The notes beneath the pieces were generated by a model. That model saw nothing but the letters and a program-made list of their open reading frames with translations, ran no database searches and was not told where the DNA came from. A DNA stretch of 64,000 nucleotides from Candidatus Woesearchaeota archaeon (GTDB taxonomy: Archaea; Nanobdellota; Nanobdellia; Pacearchaeales; GW2011-AR1): contig CAZBWB010000001.1 of NCBI GenBank assembly GCA_964495875.1, positions 215,656 to 279,655 on the forward strand, read 5' to 3'. The translations under genes were made by a program, and so were the position numbers. How positions within the stretch are numbered: the stretch's first letter is position 1; every line of letters starts with the position of its first letter. Of this stretch, positions 1 to 9,878 are shown piece by piece.

Positions 1-666
1 TTTTCCAATAGTGTCATCTGTTGCAGTTATGCTCCATCTTGTAGGCACGAGCCGCTTATTTTTCTTTAATCCTAAAACTCCGACAGACAGAATTTTATTA
101 AGAACATACTCGCTAAAATTATTTTTATACAAATATTCAATCCCTTCACTTGCCTTTATCTCATCATTAATTACCTTGTCAACCTTTCTGTGAATTTTGA
201 CATTGCCTGTAATCTTAGCTTTTTCAAGAGGGGCATGCATTCCATGAGGAGTCACAACTCTGTCCTTTCCTCTTCCAACATTCAGTCTTTTCTTAAGCTT
301 AATCTCAACATCAACAGGCTTGGAAGCAATAGCAATTTCCTGAGCCATTTGAACAAATTTATTATTTAATCTTGAATCCTGAACCTTTGACTGAAATCTT
401 GAGTTCAACAGACTGTCCCTTAATCTGATAACATCATTTATCTCAAAATTATTCTCAGCCCAGTATTTCTCATCATCATAAATCCATGCATCCTCATCTC
501 TTTCCAGAGGAGATAAAATTCCCACATTCACAATCGGGTATTTTAATTTGCTTCCTATAAAAACACTCGGAGGAGAACTGCTGTCTAATTGAGAAACTCT
601 TAAATCTTTAAATTTAAATCTCGTATCAGCAACTTTCTTTAATACTTCAAATTTTACATCCTGCAT
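1..666 (-). CDS. nreA: Nre family DNA repair protein (3'-partial, runs off the window start; absent from the ORF track)
   Basis: Manual translation from ATG at 666: MQDVKFEV...SSPPSVFIG..KYPIVNVGILSP...KRLVPTRWSITATDD. Frame is open to base 1. SPPSVF and LVPTRWSITA are Nre motifs. Confidence 0.9.
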   Translation of the reverse strand, partial: MQDVKFEVLKKVADTRFKFKDLRVSQLDSSSPPSVFIGSKLKYPIVNVGILSPLERDEDAWIYDDEKYWAENNFEINDVIRLRDSLLNSRFQSKVQDSRLNNKFVQMAQEIAIASKPVDVEIKLKKRLNVGRGKDRVVTPHGMHAPLEKAKITGNVKIHRKVDKVINDEIKASEGIEYLYKNNFSEYVLNKILSVGVLGLKKNKRLVPTRWSITATDDTIGK

Positions 667-726
667 AAAAAATCAACGAGCCAAAAGTTTATATTTTTAT
701 ATCACCATTAAAAAGTTTAAAGAATT

Positions 727-1458
727 TTATATCCACCTTCTCTTAAAAATGCCCTTATTTTTAATCTCAAAAATCATCTCTTTTTGAGGAAGACTCCTGT
801 GTTTGACTAAAATAGCTTTTCTCTTCCTGTTCTCATCTTTCAGTTCAACAATGCATTTGCTCCAGTATTTTAACAAATCTCCTCCGACAAAATTCACTTT
901 TCTCTCAATTCCTTTTCTCCATTCTTCTTCTGACAAGAATTCAGAATAAACCTGATTAGTAATAATTACAGGGATTTTTTGCTTTCTTGCAATCTCTGCC
1001 AAAATCCTCATTTGTTCTGCAATGCTTCTGTTAACCTCTCTTATTTTATTTTCATCCTCTGACTTGGAAGCCTCTCCTAATTCTAATCTGTAAAGAGTCG
1101 CCATGCCATCAATAATTATCAGATTAATATTTCCTTTCTTAATCTCGTTTAATAATTTTGAAAAACTTTTTTTCTGTTCTGAAAAATTAGTGGGTTCTAA
1201 AATAAAAATATTACTCAGAATTTTTTCAAAATCATCTCCGACTATCTGCTTGACTCTGTCAACTGAAAAGCCCCCTTCAGTATCCACAAAAATAACCTTG
1301 TTTCCTTTTTTTGCCTGACTGCATGCAGTAAGTATTGTAAAATTAGTCTTCCCGCTTCCTGCAGGTCCGGCAATCATTGTGATTATATCTTTTTCATAAC
1401 CCCCAAAAAGCCATTTGTTAAAATCATAACTGCCTGTTGAGATTTTGTTTTTAGACAT
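727..1458 (-). CDS. radB: DNA repair and recombination protein RadB
   Basis: RecA-fold Walker A GPAGSGKT, VDTEGGFS, IITNQVY and the RadB-type C-terminal KHRS motif. Confidence 0.92.
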   Translation of the reverse strand: MSKNKISTGSYDFNKWLFGGYEKDIITMIAGPAGSGKTNFTILTACSQAKKGNKVIFVDTEGGFSVDRVKQIVGDDFEKILSNIFILEPTNFSEQKKSFSKLLNEIKKGNINLIIIDGMATLYRLELGEASKSEDENKIREVNRSIAEQMRILAEIARKQKIPVIITNQVYSEFLSEEEWRKGIERKVNFVGGDLLKYWSKCIVELKDENRKRKAILVKHRSLPQKEMIFEIKNKGIFKRRWI

Positions 1459-1514
1459 AATTTACAAAAGCCCCAAGAATTAATAAGGATTATTGTATTG
1501 CTTTTCTTCTAAAC

Positions 1515-1778
1515 TCACTTCAGCTTCTTAAAATCAGCCTCTATTTTATCAAGGTCTTTAGTTATAGCAGAAACAGCATCATTTATTGCCTTTTTTGCAG
1601 TTTTTCCTTTGGTTCTAACCAAAAGAACTGGTTTTTTTGTTGGATGCTCTCTTCTCCAGGCAGCAAAACTTACCTTACCGTCCTTGTTCAGATAAACTCT
1701 CAAAATCTCAGCAATTGTAATATTTCCGAGCTCTGCCTCAAGTTCATCTTTTGTATTTTTCAGAATATTGATTTCCAT
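1515..1778 (-). CDS. rpoL: DNA-directed RNA polymerase subunit L (Rpo11)
   Basis: 87 aa; AAWRREHPT motif with AI..AV helix pattern typical of RpoL/RPB11. Confidence 0.85.
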   Translation of the reverse strand: MEINILKNTKDELEAELGNITIAEILRVYLNKDGKVSFAAWRREHPTKKPVLLVRTKGKTAKKAINDAVSAITKDLDKIEADFKKLK

Positions 1779-1815
1779 ATTAAATTAGAATAAAATTCAT
1801 TTATAAAAGTTATGT

Positions 1816-2556
1816 TTATCTTCCGAAAATTAAGTCATCGATATCCTCTTGAGACAATTCTTCGTCTTCTTGTTCATCAACTTCTTCCCCAGAATCAGCT
1901 TCAATATCTCCATCCCACACTTCAACAGATTTTGAAAAAATTTCATTATCTTTTTTTTCTTTCATTTCTTTTAAATCAGAAATAGTTAAATTCCTGACAC
2001 TTACATTATCAAAGCCAAGTTCTTTTTGTTTTGGCTCTTCCTGCACAAATTCCGGTTTTCTAAGATTAATATTAAGATATCCTTCAATTTTATTAATAAT
2101 CCTGTTATCATCTTCTGGAAGAATTCCTTGCTCTATCATTTTTACCAGTGTTTCAGATTCTCCTAAATCTCTTGCAAATTGTTCTCTGGAAATATGTTTT
2201 GCTCTCCTTACTCGCATAATAACCCAGTGAAAATTCTCAATTAAATCTGGTCTTGGTGTGAGATTTTTATCGAGATCTATTTTCAAATTTCTGTCAACAA
2301 TGTCTCTTAAACTAACATCTTCTTTTCTGTCAAAACTTTTTTGCCTTGCTGAAGTTTTATCAAATGCCTTGACTCTTTCCCTGTAAGTTTGCTGTTTTTC
2401 TGAATCCTTAATCTGGGAACTGGTGGGCTTTTTAATTAACGGCAAATTTTCTTCAAGAAAACAATTCTTGCAAATTTTCACAATCCCGGTAATTGAAATA
2501 GCATCAAATAATCTCATTTTTTCTCCGGAAACCCCGCATTTGAAACACTCATCCAT
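1816..2556 (-). CDS. aMBF1-like Zn-ribbon/XRE helix-turn-helix protein with acidic tail
   Basis: N-terminal CxxC...CxxC; HTH segment ISREQFARDLGESETLVKMIEQG..P; D/E-rich C-terminus. Confidence 0.75.
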   Translation of the reverse strand: MDECFKCGVSGEKMRLFDAISITGIVKICKNCFLEENLPLIKKPTSSQIKDSEKQQTYRERVKAFDKTSARQKSFDRKEDVSLRDIVDRNLKIDLDKNLTPRPDLIENFHWVIMRVRRAKHISREQFARDLGESETLVKMIEQGILPEDDNRIINKIEGYLNINLRKPEFVQEEPKQKELGFDNVSVRNLTISDLKEMKEKKDNEIFSKSVEVWDGDIEADSGEEVDEQEDEELSQEDIDDLIFGR

Positions 2557-2648
2557 TTTTAGTTTTCTTTTACATTATTTTAGTTTTTCTACCCTATTTT
2601 TCTAAAAGAAAAACCCCTTTTTAATATTTCTATGATAAAACATATTCT

Positions 2649-3302
2649 CTAAAAGAGATATTTCGTAATATCTTCTTTTGTTTCTAAATCAGTTATCTTG
2701 ATATTTTCATCAATCAAGATTACTGGAAGTTCGGTTATATTGTATTTATTCTTTAACAAATCAATAGATGGGGAATCGATATCTCCTGCTAAAGATAACA
2801 AAAGAATATTCTCACCTTGCTCTTCTTTAATGTCCATCAATAGATTTGAAATAACTTCTTGTTTGGCTTTTTTAGTTAAACTGGGATTATCATACTCATA
2901 AAAATAGACAATGTTGTGATAATCAGTATCACATCTTTCTTTAATATCTATGCTGTTTATCCAGATTCTGGCTCTTAATAAATCATATTTTTTATGCTGT
3001 ATTTTAATTATCTCTGTTATTTGATTAGAATCTTCATATTTAGTTAGTTGTTGTGCTTCCCAAAAAACCCTGTCGGCAAATTCTATGTTTTTTTGTATAG
3101 CCAACCCACACTCTGATTTACCAATAAGATCAGATATTAGCTTGGCATCTAGAATATCTGTTTCCAAGGTAATAAAATTATTTTCCACTGCATTTGCTCT
3201 GGCATTCTCTATAAAAATCCCTACAAGAATCCCAAATGTAAACAAAAAAGTTGCTACTAAAAAAGCTTCTAAAAAAATATAAAATTTTCTTGATTTTACC
3301 AT
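2649..3302 (-). CDS. membrane-anchored hypothetical protein, possible thioredoxin-like C-terminal fold
   Basis: One N-terminal TM helix, coiled region, and a C-terminal YNITELPVILID thioredoxin-like strand pattern without CxxC. Confidence 0.55.
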   Translation of the reverse strand: MVKSRKFYIFLEAFLVATFLFTFGILVGIFIENARANAVENNFITLETDILDAKLISDLIGKSECGLAIQKNIEFADRVFWEAQQLTKYEDSNQITEIIKIQHKKYDLLRARIWINSIDIKERCDTDYHNIVYFYEYDNPSLTKKAKQEVISNLLMDIKEEQGENILLLSLAGDIDSPSIDLLKNKYNITELPVILIDENIKITDLETKEDITKYLF

Positions 3303-4522
3303 TTGTGTTTTTTTGTTATTACCCTATAAATTGCCTCAAACCAGACAATAGGATATATTGGCAGATAGATTAACATATAAAACAGCCTATTAAAAATTTT
3401 ACTGGGTTTTAATAAATACTTTTGTTCTGTTCTTCTAAAAATATAAGAGGTATATAAAAATGAAAGAACACCCAAAAAAAGTGTAAGTATTAGAATAATC
3501 GTTGGATGTGCATTTATGTTTTCTGCTCTGATTATTGAATTTCTCAGAGAAATACTGTATTCTGTATAAGCAATATAAAAGATAAAACTCCTGTAAAGGA
3601 TATACAATGCAAGTAAAAAGCCAAATATAGTAAAGATTATCATAAACAAAACAAAAGGTATGATAAAAAAACCAAAAACTCCTTTTTTCAGGAAAAATTT
3701 TTTATATTTTATGATAGTTTCTATTCCTCCTATCCCCCACCGAACTCTCTGGCGCCACCAAAGCTTAAATTTATTGGGTGCTGTAGTATAAACTTTGGAA
3801 TCAAGAGACATTCTTGTTTGATATCCTTCACTCAAGATATGCCATGTAACTTCAATATCTTCTGTTATGCTTTTAGTATCAAAACCTCCGACTTCAATAA
3901 GAACTTTTTTTCTGTAAATACTCAAAGGCCCGTTAGTAACATAAACCGAATCAAGAAAATCCAATAGTTTTCTTGCCCATGCCATAATTATATATTCGAT
4001 TTCCTGAATTTTCTCAAAAAATTTATTTTTTTCCTTGAGAAAAACACAAGAAGTCACAGCTGCCACATTCTCATCATTAAAAAATCCGACCATCTTCCCA
4101 ACTGCATCAGGAGAAGGATAAGAATCAGCATCTGTAATAGCTACAAGTTCTCCTTTGGCTTCTTTTAAACCATAATTTATAGCATATGCTTTCTTTCCTT
4201 CGTTCTCTTTATTAATTAATTTTAATTTTTTATATTTCTTTTTCAGTCTTTGCACTACTTCTTTTGTCCTGTCAGTAGAACCATCATTAACCACAATTAT
4301 CTCTTTTATCGGATAATTAGTGTTAAATATGGCCTCGATAGTATTCTCAATTGTCTTCTCTTCATTAAAAGCAGGAACTAAAAAACTAATTGAATAATTT
4401 CTTTGGGGTTTTGGAGAATAAAAAAGTCTCTTCCGATTACGTATAGTGAGGATAATATAAAAACAGGTGAAATAAATGCCAAAGAATAAAAATACAAGAA
4501 AAATTATTGTCAAAGTCTCCAT
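3296..4522 (-). CDS. processive glycosyltransferase family 2
   Basis: VPAFNEE, NDGSTD, DAD, TED and RQRVRW (QxxRW) motifs with flanking TM helices. Confidence 0.92.
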   Translation of the reverse strand: METLTIIFLVFLFFGIYFTCFYIILTIRNRKRLFYSPKPQRNYSISFLVPAFNEEKTIENTIEAIFNTNYPIKEIIVVNDGSTDRTKEVVQRLKKKYKKLKLINKENEGKKAYAINYGLKEAKGELVAITDADSYPSPDAVGKMVGFFNDENVAAVTSCVFLKEKNKFFEKIQEIEYIIMAWARKLLDFLDSVYVTNGPLSIYRKKVLIEVGGFDTKSITEDIEVTWHILSEGYQTRMSLDSKVYTTAPNKFKLWWRQRVRWGIGGIETIIKYKKFFLKKGVFGFFIIPFVLFMIIFTIFGFLLALYILYRSFIFYIAYTEYSISLRNSIIRAENINAHPTIILILTLFLGVLSFLYTSYIFRRTEQKYLLKPSKIFNRLFYMLIYLPIYPIVWFEAIYRVITKKHKW

Positions 4523-4526
4523 GCTG

Positions 4527-5075
4527 TTATCTATTTCCCATATCTTTTAAAGATTCTTGTAATGAATTTTCACCTTCGCTTAAACTAAAATAATCATAAA
4601 AATCTTCACTAAGGCTTAACTCATATGTATGTCCTTGTCTCTTTTTCTTTAGCAATCCCAATTCAACAAATCTCTTTATATGCTCATAAGCCTTATTGCC
4701 CCTAATCTTAATTATAACAGACTGCTTTATCGGCTGTTTGTATGCTATTATTGCCAAAGTTTCTTTTTCTGCTTTGGTAAATTCAGAACTTCCTGTTGCT
4801 AATTTATTAATTATATGAGAATATTCTCTTTTCACATCCATTTTCCACATATTATTTTTCTCTGTAATTTCAATAGCAGAATCATCCCTGTCATATTTTT
4901 TCTGAAGTTTCTCAATCAGTTCCTGAATTATAACAGGATTCAAATCAGTCAGAGATACCAACTCCTGCATTGTCAGAAATCTTCCTGAAACAAAAAAAAT
5001 CGCCTCGAGTTTTTTCATGTCTCCCTGCTCTTTTTCCTTATCCATCTCCTCTATTGTTTTTGATGAAATCTCCAT
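4527..5075 (-). CDS. scpB: SMC-Scp complex subunit ScpB
   Basis: LEAIFFVSG, ETLAIIAYKQPI and IRG motifs. Confidence 0.9.
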   Translation of the reverse strand: MEISSKTIEEMDKEKEQGDMKKLEAIFFVSGRFLTMQELVSLTDLNPVIIQELIEKLQKKYDRDDSAIEITEKNNMWKMDVKREYSHIINKLATGSSEFTKAEKETLAIIAYKQPIKQSVIIKIRGNKAYEHIKRFVELGLLKKKRQGHTYELSLSEDFYDYFSLSEGENSLQESLKDMGNR

Positions 5076-5108
5076 GCTTTGTTAAAAGAATTATTGTTTA
5101 AAAATTTA

Positions 5109-6197
5109 TCAAACCCTGAATCTCAATATAGCTCCGATTCCGCCTAAATTCTTGAACTGCTGTCCTTCTTCTGTCTCTGTTGAAATTACTTCAACTGCAG
5201 AACCGATATTATTTGCCAGTTTCTTGAGCTCTGCAGCCAAAACTTTATCTAAATCCTTGGATAGAAATAATGTCTCAACTGCACCATATTTCAGAGCCTC
5301 ACGAGTATCACCTTCTTTCAAGGTTGCCATTTCTGGTTTTTCTCCTAATGTTTCAAAATATTTTTCCATTAGTTTTTTTTCATAGATTATCTCCTGATCT
5401 GCTAAGATATCCTGAGATTTAACAACCAGTTCCTTGAGTCCAGATTCATCACTTCCTCCGATATCTATTTTTCCGATTACCAATTCTTTAAGTTTTGTCA
5501 CCAAATAATCTCCGTCAAGAAATTCATCTTTTGTGGGAATTGGTCCTCCGACTAAAATTCCTTTAAGCTTGGACATATTAAAAAATATTTTTTTCATCTC
5601 ATTTGCGATTCTCTTGTAAAACTCTTTTGTCAGACCTTCTGTGATTCTGTGAAATCTCTGGCTGCTCTGTCCTCCAGCCCGAATCTTGCTCGGAACTCCT
5701 GAAGTCATTTTTTGCAAAGTTTCTATTCTTTTCCCTTCCAACAAACCGATAGTAGCCTCTTTTCTGTCCATTACGAGCAAACCATAAAGTTCTTCAACTT
5801 CAAGCATTTCCTTTAATGCATCTAAAACAAATTCTTTATCACACCTGTAGAGTCTGCTCTTTAATTTCAATGGCGTTTCAATATCCCACAATTGCAAATC
5901 CTGCTGCCCTTCTGTCTGCGAAACATTTCCGCAAAAAATCGCCAACCCGTTCTCAGGAGTCTTCTTTAATTCTTTTAATGTTCTGACAATCTTATCAAGG
6001 GCATCCAAAACATTATTTCTCGTAGCAGTGGATTTAATATTCTTAGCAGTGGATTTTTCTGCTTCGAGCTGTCTCTGAACAGAATTCACATCATATCCAG
6101 CAGGAATATAAACTGTAATCAACTCTGTGTGCTTGCCTTTATATCCTTCAAGTTCCTGCAAAATCTCTTCAAGTTCGTCTTTTGTCAGTTTTGTCAT
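5109..6197 (-). CDS. prf1: peptide chain release factor aRF1
   Basis: NIKS, YRCD and GGQS motifs, C-terminal GGIGAILRF. Confidence 0.96.
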   Translation of the reverse strand: MTKLTKDELEEILQELEGYKGKHTELITVYIPAGYDVNSVQRQLEAEKSTAKNIKSTATRNNVLDALDKIVRTLKELKKTPENGLAIFCGNVSQTEGQQDLQLWDIETPLKLKSRLYRCDKEFVLDALKEMLEVEELYGLLVMDRKEATIGLLEGKRIETLQKMTSGVPSKIRAGGQSSQRFHRITEGLTKEFYKRIANEMKKIFFNMSKLKGILVGGPIPTKDEFLDGDYLVTKLKELVIGKIDIGGSDESGLKELVVKSQDILADQEIIYEKKLMEKYFETLGEKPEMATLKEGDTREALKYGAVETLFLSKDLDKVLAAELKKLANNIGSAVEVISTETEEGQQFKNLGGIGAILRFRV

Positions 6198-8566
6198 TTT
6201 TCTTTAACCTTTGTCCCCGCTTTAGGCATATCGGGCTTAAATTCTTTTCCAACTTTAATTAATTGTGCACCAGAGACTGATAAAAAACGTTCCTCATAAT
6301 TTTTAAGGATTTTATAATCTTTTGTAGGAAGAACTAAAGCTCCACTAGCAATATTCAAAGGTAAATGTCCTTGAGATTTAATTTGATTCATCTTGGATAA
6401 ATTTTTCTTAAAAACTTCCCAATCTCCTTTATATTTCTCTTTTCCGGATTTAGGCCATTGGGAAACATGAATACTCTTATCTTTCTCATATTTTTTAAAA
6501 TATTTCTGATAGATTTCCTCTGTAATAAAAGGCATGATTGGAGCAATCATCTTAATAATTGTTAATAATGTTCTATACAATGTATATTGAACAGATAATT
6601 TTTTATCTCCTTTCCCTTGATAAATCACTTTCTTTATGGATTCTAAATAATTATCACAAAAATCTGACCAGAAAAACTGTTCTACATCTTGTTTAACTTT
6701 AGAATATTCATATTTCTCAAAACTCTCTGTGCAAGATTTAATTAACTCATTCAATCTTCCAAAAAACTCTTCATCATCAATAACGAGTTTTTTGGGTTTT
6801 TTACCTTTATAGTTCCCTAAATTCATAAAAACAAACTTTGAAGCATTCAGTAATTTATTGATGAATTTTTTTCCAGTAATCAAATCTTTTTCCTGATAAT
6901 CCAAATCACTTCCTAATTTAGAACCTGCTGCCCAATATCTTAGAGCATCTGAACCATATTTTTCCATTACATCTTGAGGTTTTACAACATTTCCTTTTGA
7001 TTTTGACATTTTTTCTCCGCCCAAAGAAACATTGCCTGAAATCACAATATCTTTCCAGGGGATTTCTTTTTTATGAAGATAAGATTTAACAATTGTATAA
7101 AATGCCCAAGTTCGGATTATATCATGCCCTTGGGGTCTCAATGAAAAAGGAATTTTTATTTTGCCTCTTGTTTGAGATAATTCAGCTGCAATCTGAGGAG
7201 TTAAAGATGAAGTTGCCCAGGTATCTAAAACTGTTTTTTCAGGAACAGCATTTTTTTTGCATTTTGGGCATATCCTTTTATTTTTAATAGGATCAACAGG
7301 CAATTCTTTCTCATTAGGAAGAATTATTTCATTACATTCATTACAATACCAAACAGGAATTGGGACTCCAAAATGCCTGTTTCTTGAAATACTCCAGTCC
7401 CATTCCAGACCATTAATCCAATTTTCATATCTCTTCCTCATAAATTCAGGATACCAGTTAACTTTTTTTCCCTGCTTAATTAACTCTTTTTTCTTGTCTA
7501 AAATTTTAGTGAACCACTGTTCTACTTCTATAAATTCAATTGCAGTTCCGCATTTATCATGGACATTAACTGTGTGGGAAATAGTTTTCTGCTCTTTAAT
7601 CAAATTATTTTTCTTTAAATCTTCTAAAATTTTTTCTCTTGCTTTTTTGATTTTCAAACCACTATATCTCCCAGAAATAATTTTCCCCTGTTCGTCTAAG
7701 ATTATTTTAGGTTTTAATTTATGTTTATTAATTGCATCTACATCAAATCTGTCTCCGTAAGAACAAACCATTAAAACACCTGTTCCTTTTTCAATATCAG
7801 CTGATTCATCGGCAATAATCGGAACTTCATAATTAAATAAAGGAATTTTTGCTTTTTTTCCAATTAAAGATTTATATTTTTTATCTTTAGGATTAATAAA
7901 AACAGCAACACAAGCATTCAATAATTCGGGACGCGTCGTGGCAATTAACAAATCTTTGTCTTCACAAGAGAATTTCAAAGTCGAAAACAGAGAAGTTTCA
8001 TCCTTATCTTCTAATTCGGCCTGAGCAATTGAAGTTTGACAATTAGGACACCAAATAGTCGGAAATTTCTTTCTATAGATTTCTCCTTTTTTAGCTAATT
8101 GAATAAAGGACTTTTGGGAAATTTTTTGAGCATGCTCACCAATAGTTGAATAATAAATCTTGTAATCGCAAGAGATTCCTAAATTAATAAAATCTTGAAT
8201 ACAATCAGGAGTTACTTCTTTTAAAGTTTTAAGACAGAATTTAATAAAATCCGACCTCACCATGTCTATGCTTTTAACATTATTTATTTTCTCGATAAAT
8301 CTTTCTGTAGGCAAGCCATTATCATCTGTTCCAAAAGGATAAAAAATATTATCTCCCCTCATTCTCCTGAATCTAATAATAAAATCTTGCTGTGAATATG
8401 AAAAGGCATGTCCGATATGCATCTTTCCAGAAATATAGGGTGGAGGAGTATCAATTGAATAAATCTTCTTTTTGGAATTAGGATTAAATTTATATATTCC
8501 TTCTTTTTCCCAAAATTTTCTCCATTTTTCCTCAATCTGTCTGAAATCGATATTATTTTTTGACAT
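6194..8566 (-). CDS. valS: valine--tRNA ligase (archaeal type)
   Basis: DTPPPYISGKMHIGH (HIGH), GHDIIRTW and KMSKS. Confidence 0.95.
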   Translation of the reverse strand: MSKNNIDFRQIEEKWRKFWEKEGIYKFNPNSKKKIYSIDTPPPYISGKMHIGHAFSYSQQDFIIRFRRMRGDNIFYPFGTDDNGLPTERFIEKINNVKSIDMVRSDFIKFCLKTLKEVTPDCIQDFINLGISCDYKIYYSTIGEHAQKISQKSFIQLAKKGEIYRKKFPTIWCPNCQTSIAQAELEDKDETSLFSTLKFSCEDKDLLIATTRPELLNACVAVFINPKDKKYKSLIGKKAKIPLFNYEVPIIADESADIEKGTGVLMVCSYGDRFDVDAINKHKLKPKIILDEQGKIISGRYSGLKIKKAREKILEDLKKNNLIKEQKTISHTVNVHDKCGTAIEFIEVEQWFTKILDKKKELIKQGKKVNWYPEFMRKRYENWINGLEWDWSISRNRHFGVPIPVWYCNECNEIILPNEKELPVDPIKNKRICPKCKKNAVPEKTVLDTWATSSLTPQIAAELSQTRGKIKIPFSLRPQGHDIIRTWAFYTIVKSYLHKKEIPWKDIVISGNVSLGGEKMSKSKGNVVKPQDVMEKYGSDALRYWAAGSKLGSDLDYQEKDLITGKKFINKLLNASKFVFMNLGNYKGKKPKKLVIDDEEFFGRLNELIKSCTESFEKYEYSKVKQDVEQFFWSDFCDNYLESIKKVIYQGKGDKKLSVQYTLYRTLLTIIKMIAPIMPFITEEIYQKYFKKYEKDKSIHVSQWPKSGKEKYKGDWEVFKKNLSKMNQIKSQGHLPLNIASGALVLPTKDYKILKNYEERFLSVSGAQLIKVGKEFKPDMPKAGTKVKEK

Positions 8567-8687
8567 ATTAATATTAATTAACAGAATCTAATTCTTTTAA
8601 ATTTTCTCTTAAAGGGTGGATGGCTGGGGGCAGAGGCGAGGCAAAAGATGAAGAAAAACTTAAATACCTTGTCTTTCTCTCTAAATA

Positions 8688-8840
8688 ATGGCTGAAGTAA
8701 ACATGCCTGCCGGATTCGGCGGCTTAATGAGATTTAAAGAAGAATATGAAAGTGCAATTACATTAAAACCAATTTACATAATAGCATTCATAATCCTAAT
8801 AGTCGTGTTCAGAATTCTTCTGGAAGTTTTTTTAAAATAA
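8688..8840 (+). CDS. secG: preprotein translocase subunit Sec61beta/SecG (50 aa; absent from the ORF track)
   Basis: MAEVNMPAGFGGLMRFKEEYESAITLKPIYIIAFIILIVVFRILLEVFLK*: P..GGL.RF.EE...I.L.P followed by one TM helix. Confidence 0.9.
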   Translation: MAEVNMPAGFGGLMRFKEEYESAITLKPIYIIAFIILIVVFRILLEVFLK

Positions 8841-8899
8841 TATCTGAAATTAGATTCTATCACCAAAATCTATATCAAGTTTAAGTCATTCATTATAAC

Positions 8900-9361
8900 A
8901 TGGAAAAATTCTTGGAAAATCTTCAAGAAGCCCAGAAAACAATTCAGACAATTGACCATATGATTTATGTGACTTTTCCTTTAATTCGTGATAAAAAAAT
9001 CCTCATAAAAATCATTACAGAAATAAAAAATGCCATAATGAACTGCATTAATTCTATACTACAGTATGAATACTTGTATAAAAGAATAAATCTCTATAAA
9101 AATTCAAAAACAAATTTCAGAATTTTCATAAAAAAATGTTGCCCGTATTATAAAATAACACAAAAAGAAATAGATTTGATAATTGAATTATTTGAGCTGA
9201 TTGAAAAGCACAAACAAAGTGCAACTGAATTTGTAAGAGAGGAAAAAGTCGTCATTCTTTCTGAAAATCTTAAAACAGAAACAATAACTATAGAAAAAAT
9301 AAAAGAATTTTTTAATTTATCAAAAGAAATTATGAAAAAAACACTTGCAAAAATAAAGTAG
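8900..9361 (+). CDS. conserved hypothetical helical protein (paralog of the next gene)
   Basis: 153-aa ORF with host-like composition; DHMIYV, EFVR and IEKIKEF motifs shared with 9420..9860. Confidence 0.7.
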   Translation: MEKFLENLQEAQKTIQTIDHMIYVTFPLIRDKKILIKIITEIKNAIMNCINSILQYEYLYKRINLYKNSKTNFRIFIKKCCPYYKITQKEIDLIIELFELIEKHKQSATEFVREEKVVILSENLKTETITIEKIKEFFNLSKEIMKKTLAKIK

Positions 9362-9419
9362 AATGCAGATAAATATAAAAAGGTTATAAACTTAGTAAAA
9401 CATAGTTCTAGGAGGGTTT

Positions 9420-9860
9420 ATGGAGGATATAATTCAGGAAAAGATAAGTGCGGACCATCTTCTTTATGTAAGCTTAAAATATACCAAGACTTGTGATGTT
9501 ATTATGAACCTTGTTCTTAGATGGAAAAGGATGATTGAAACGAGTATAGACAAAATTCTTGAATATGCTAAAAAGAAAAAAAAGATTTCTTCTATTTCTA
9601 CGAATCCCCTCGGCAGAATAGAACAGATTAAAAAAATTTTCAAAAAAGATGAGAATATTCAGAAAGTTATTGAACTCTACGAGATGTTCAGAAAAATAAG
9701 AGAGTTAAGAACAGAAAGAATTGGAGAATTCAGAAAAAATGTAACCCTTAAAGTGTTTTACCAGGGTGAAGAAATAAATATAGATTTAGAAAAATTAAAA
9801 GAATATGCAGAAATGTTGGAAAAGTTTATAAGCACCGTAAAGCAATTTCTTCTATCATAA
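9420..9860 (+). CDS. conserved hypothetical helical protein (paralog of the previous gene)
   Basis: 146-aa ORF preceded by AGGAGG; DHLLYV, EFRK and LEKLKEY motifs. Confidence 0.7.
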   Translation: MEDIIQEKISADHLLYVSLKYTKTCDVIMNLVLRWKRMIETSIDKILEYAKKKKKISSISTNPLGRIEQIKKIFKKDENIQKVIELYEMFRKIRELRTERIGEFRKNVTLKVFYQGEEINIDLEKLKEYAEMLEKFISTVKQFLLS

Positions 9861-9878
9861 TTAAAGTTTCCTTTTAAA

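Noticed and set aside
11-193. 60-aa plus-strand track ORF
   Set aside because: Antisense shadow of the nre gene found on the minus strand.
8611-8650. G-rich stretch AAGGGTGGATGGCTGGGGGCAGAGGCGAGGC, sharing GGTGGATG with about 25907
   Set aside because: No cloverleaf or convincing fold, and an 8-mer match is too weak to call a repeat or ncRNA.
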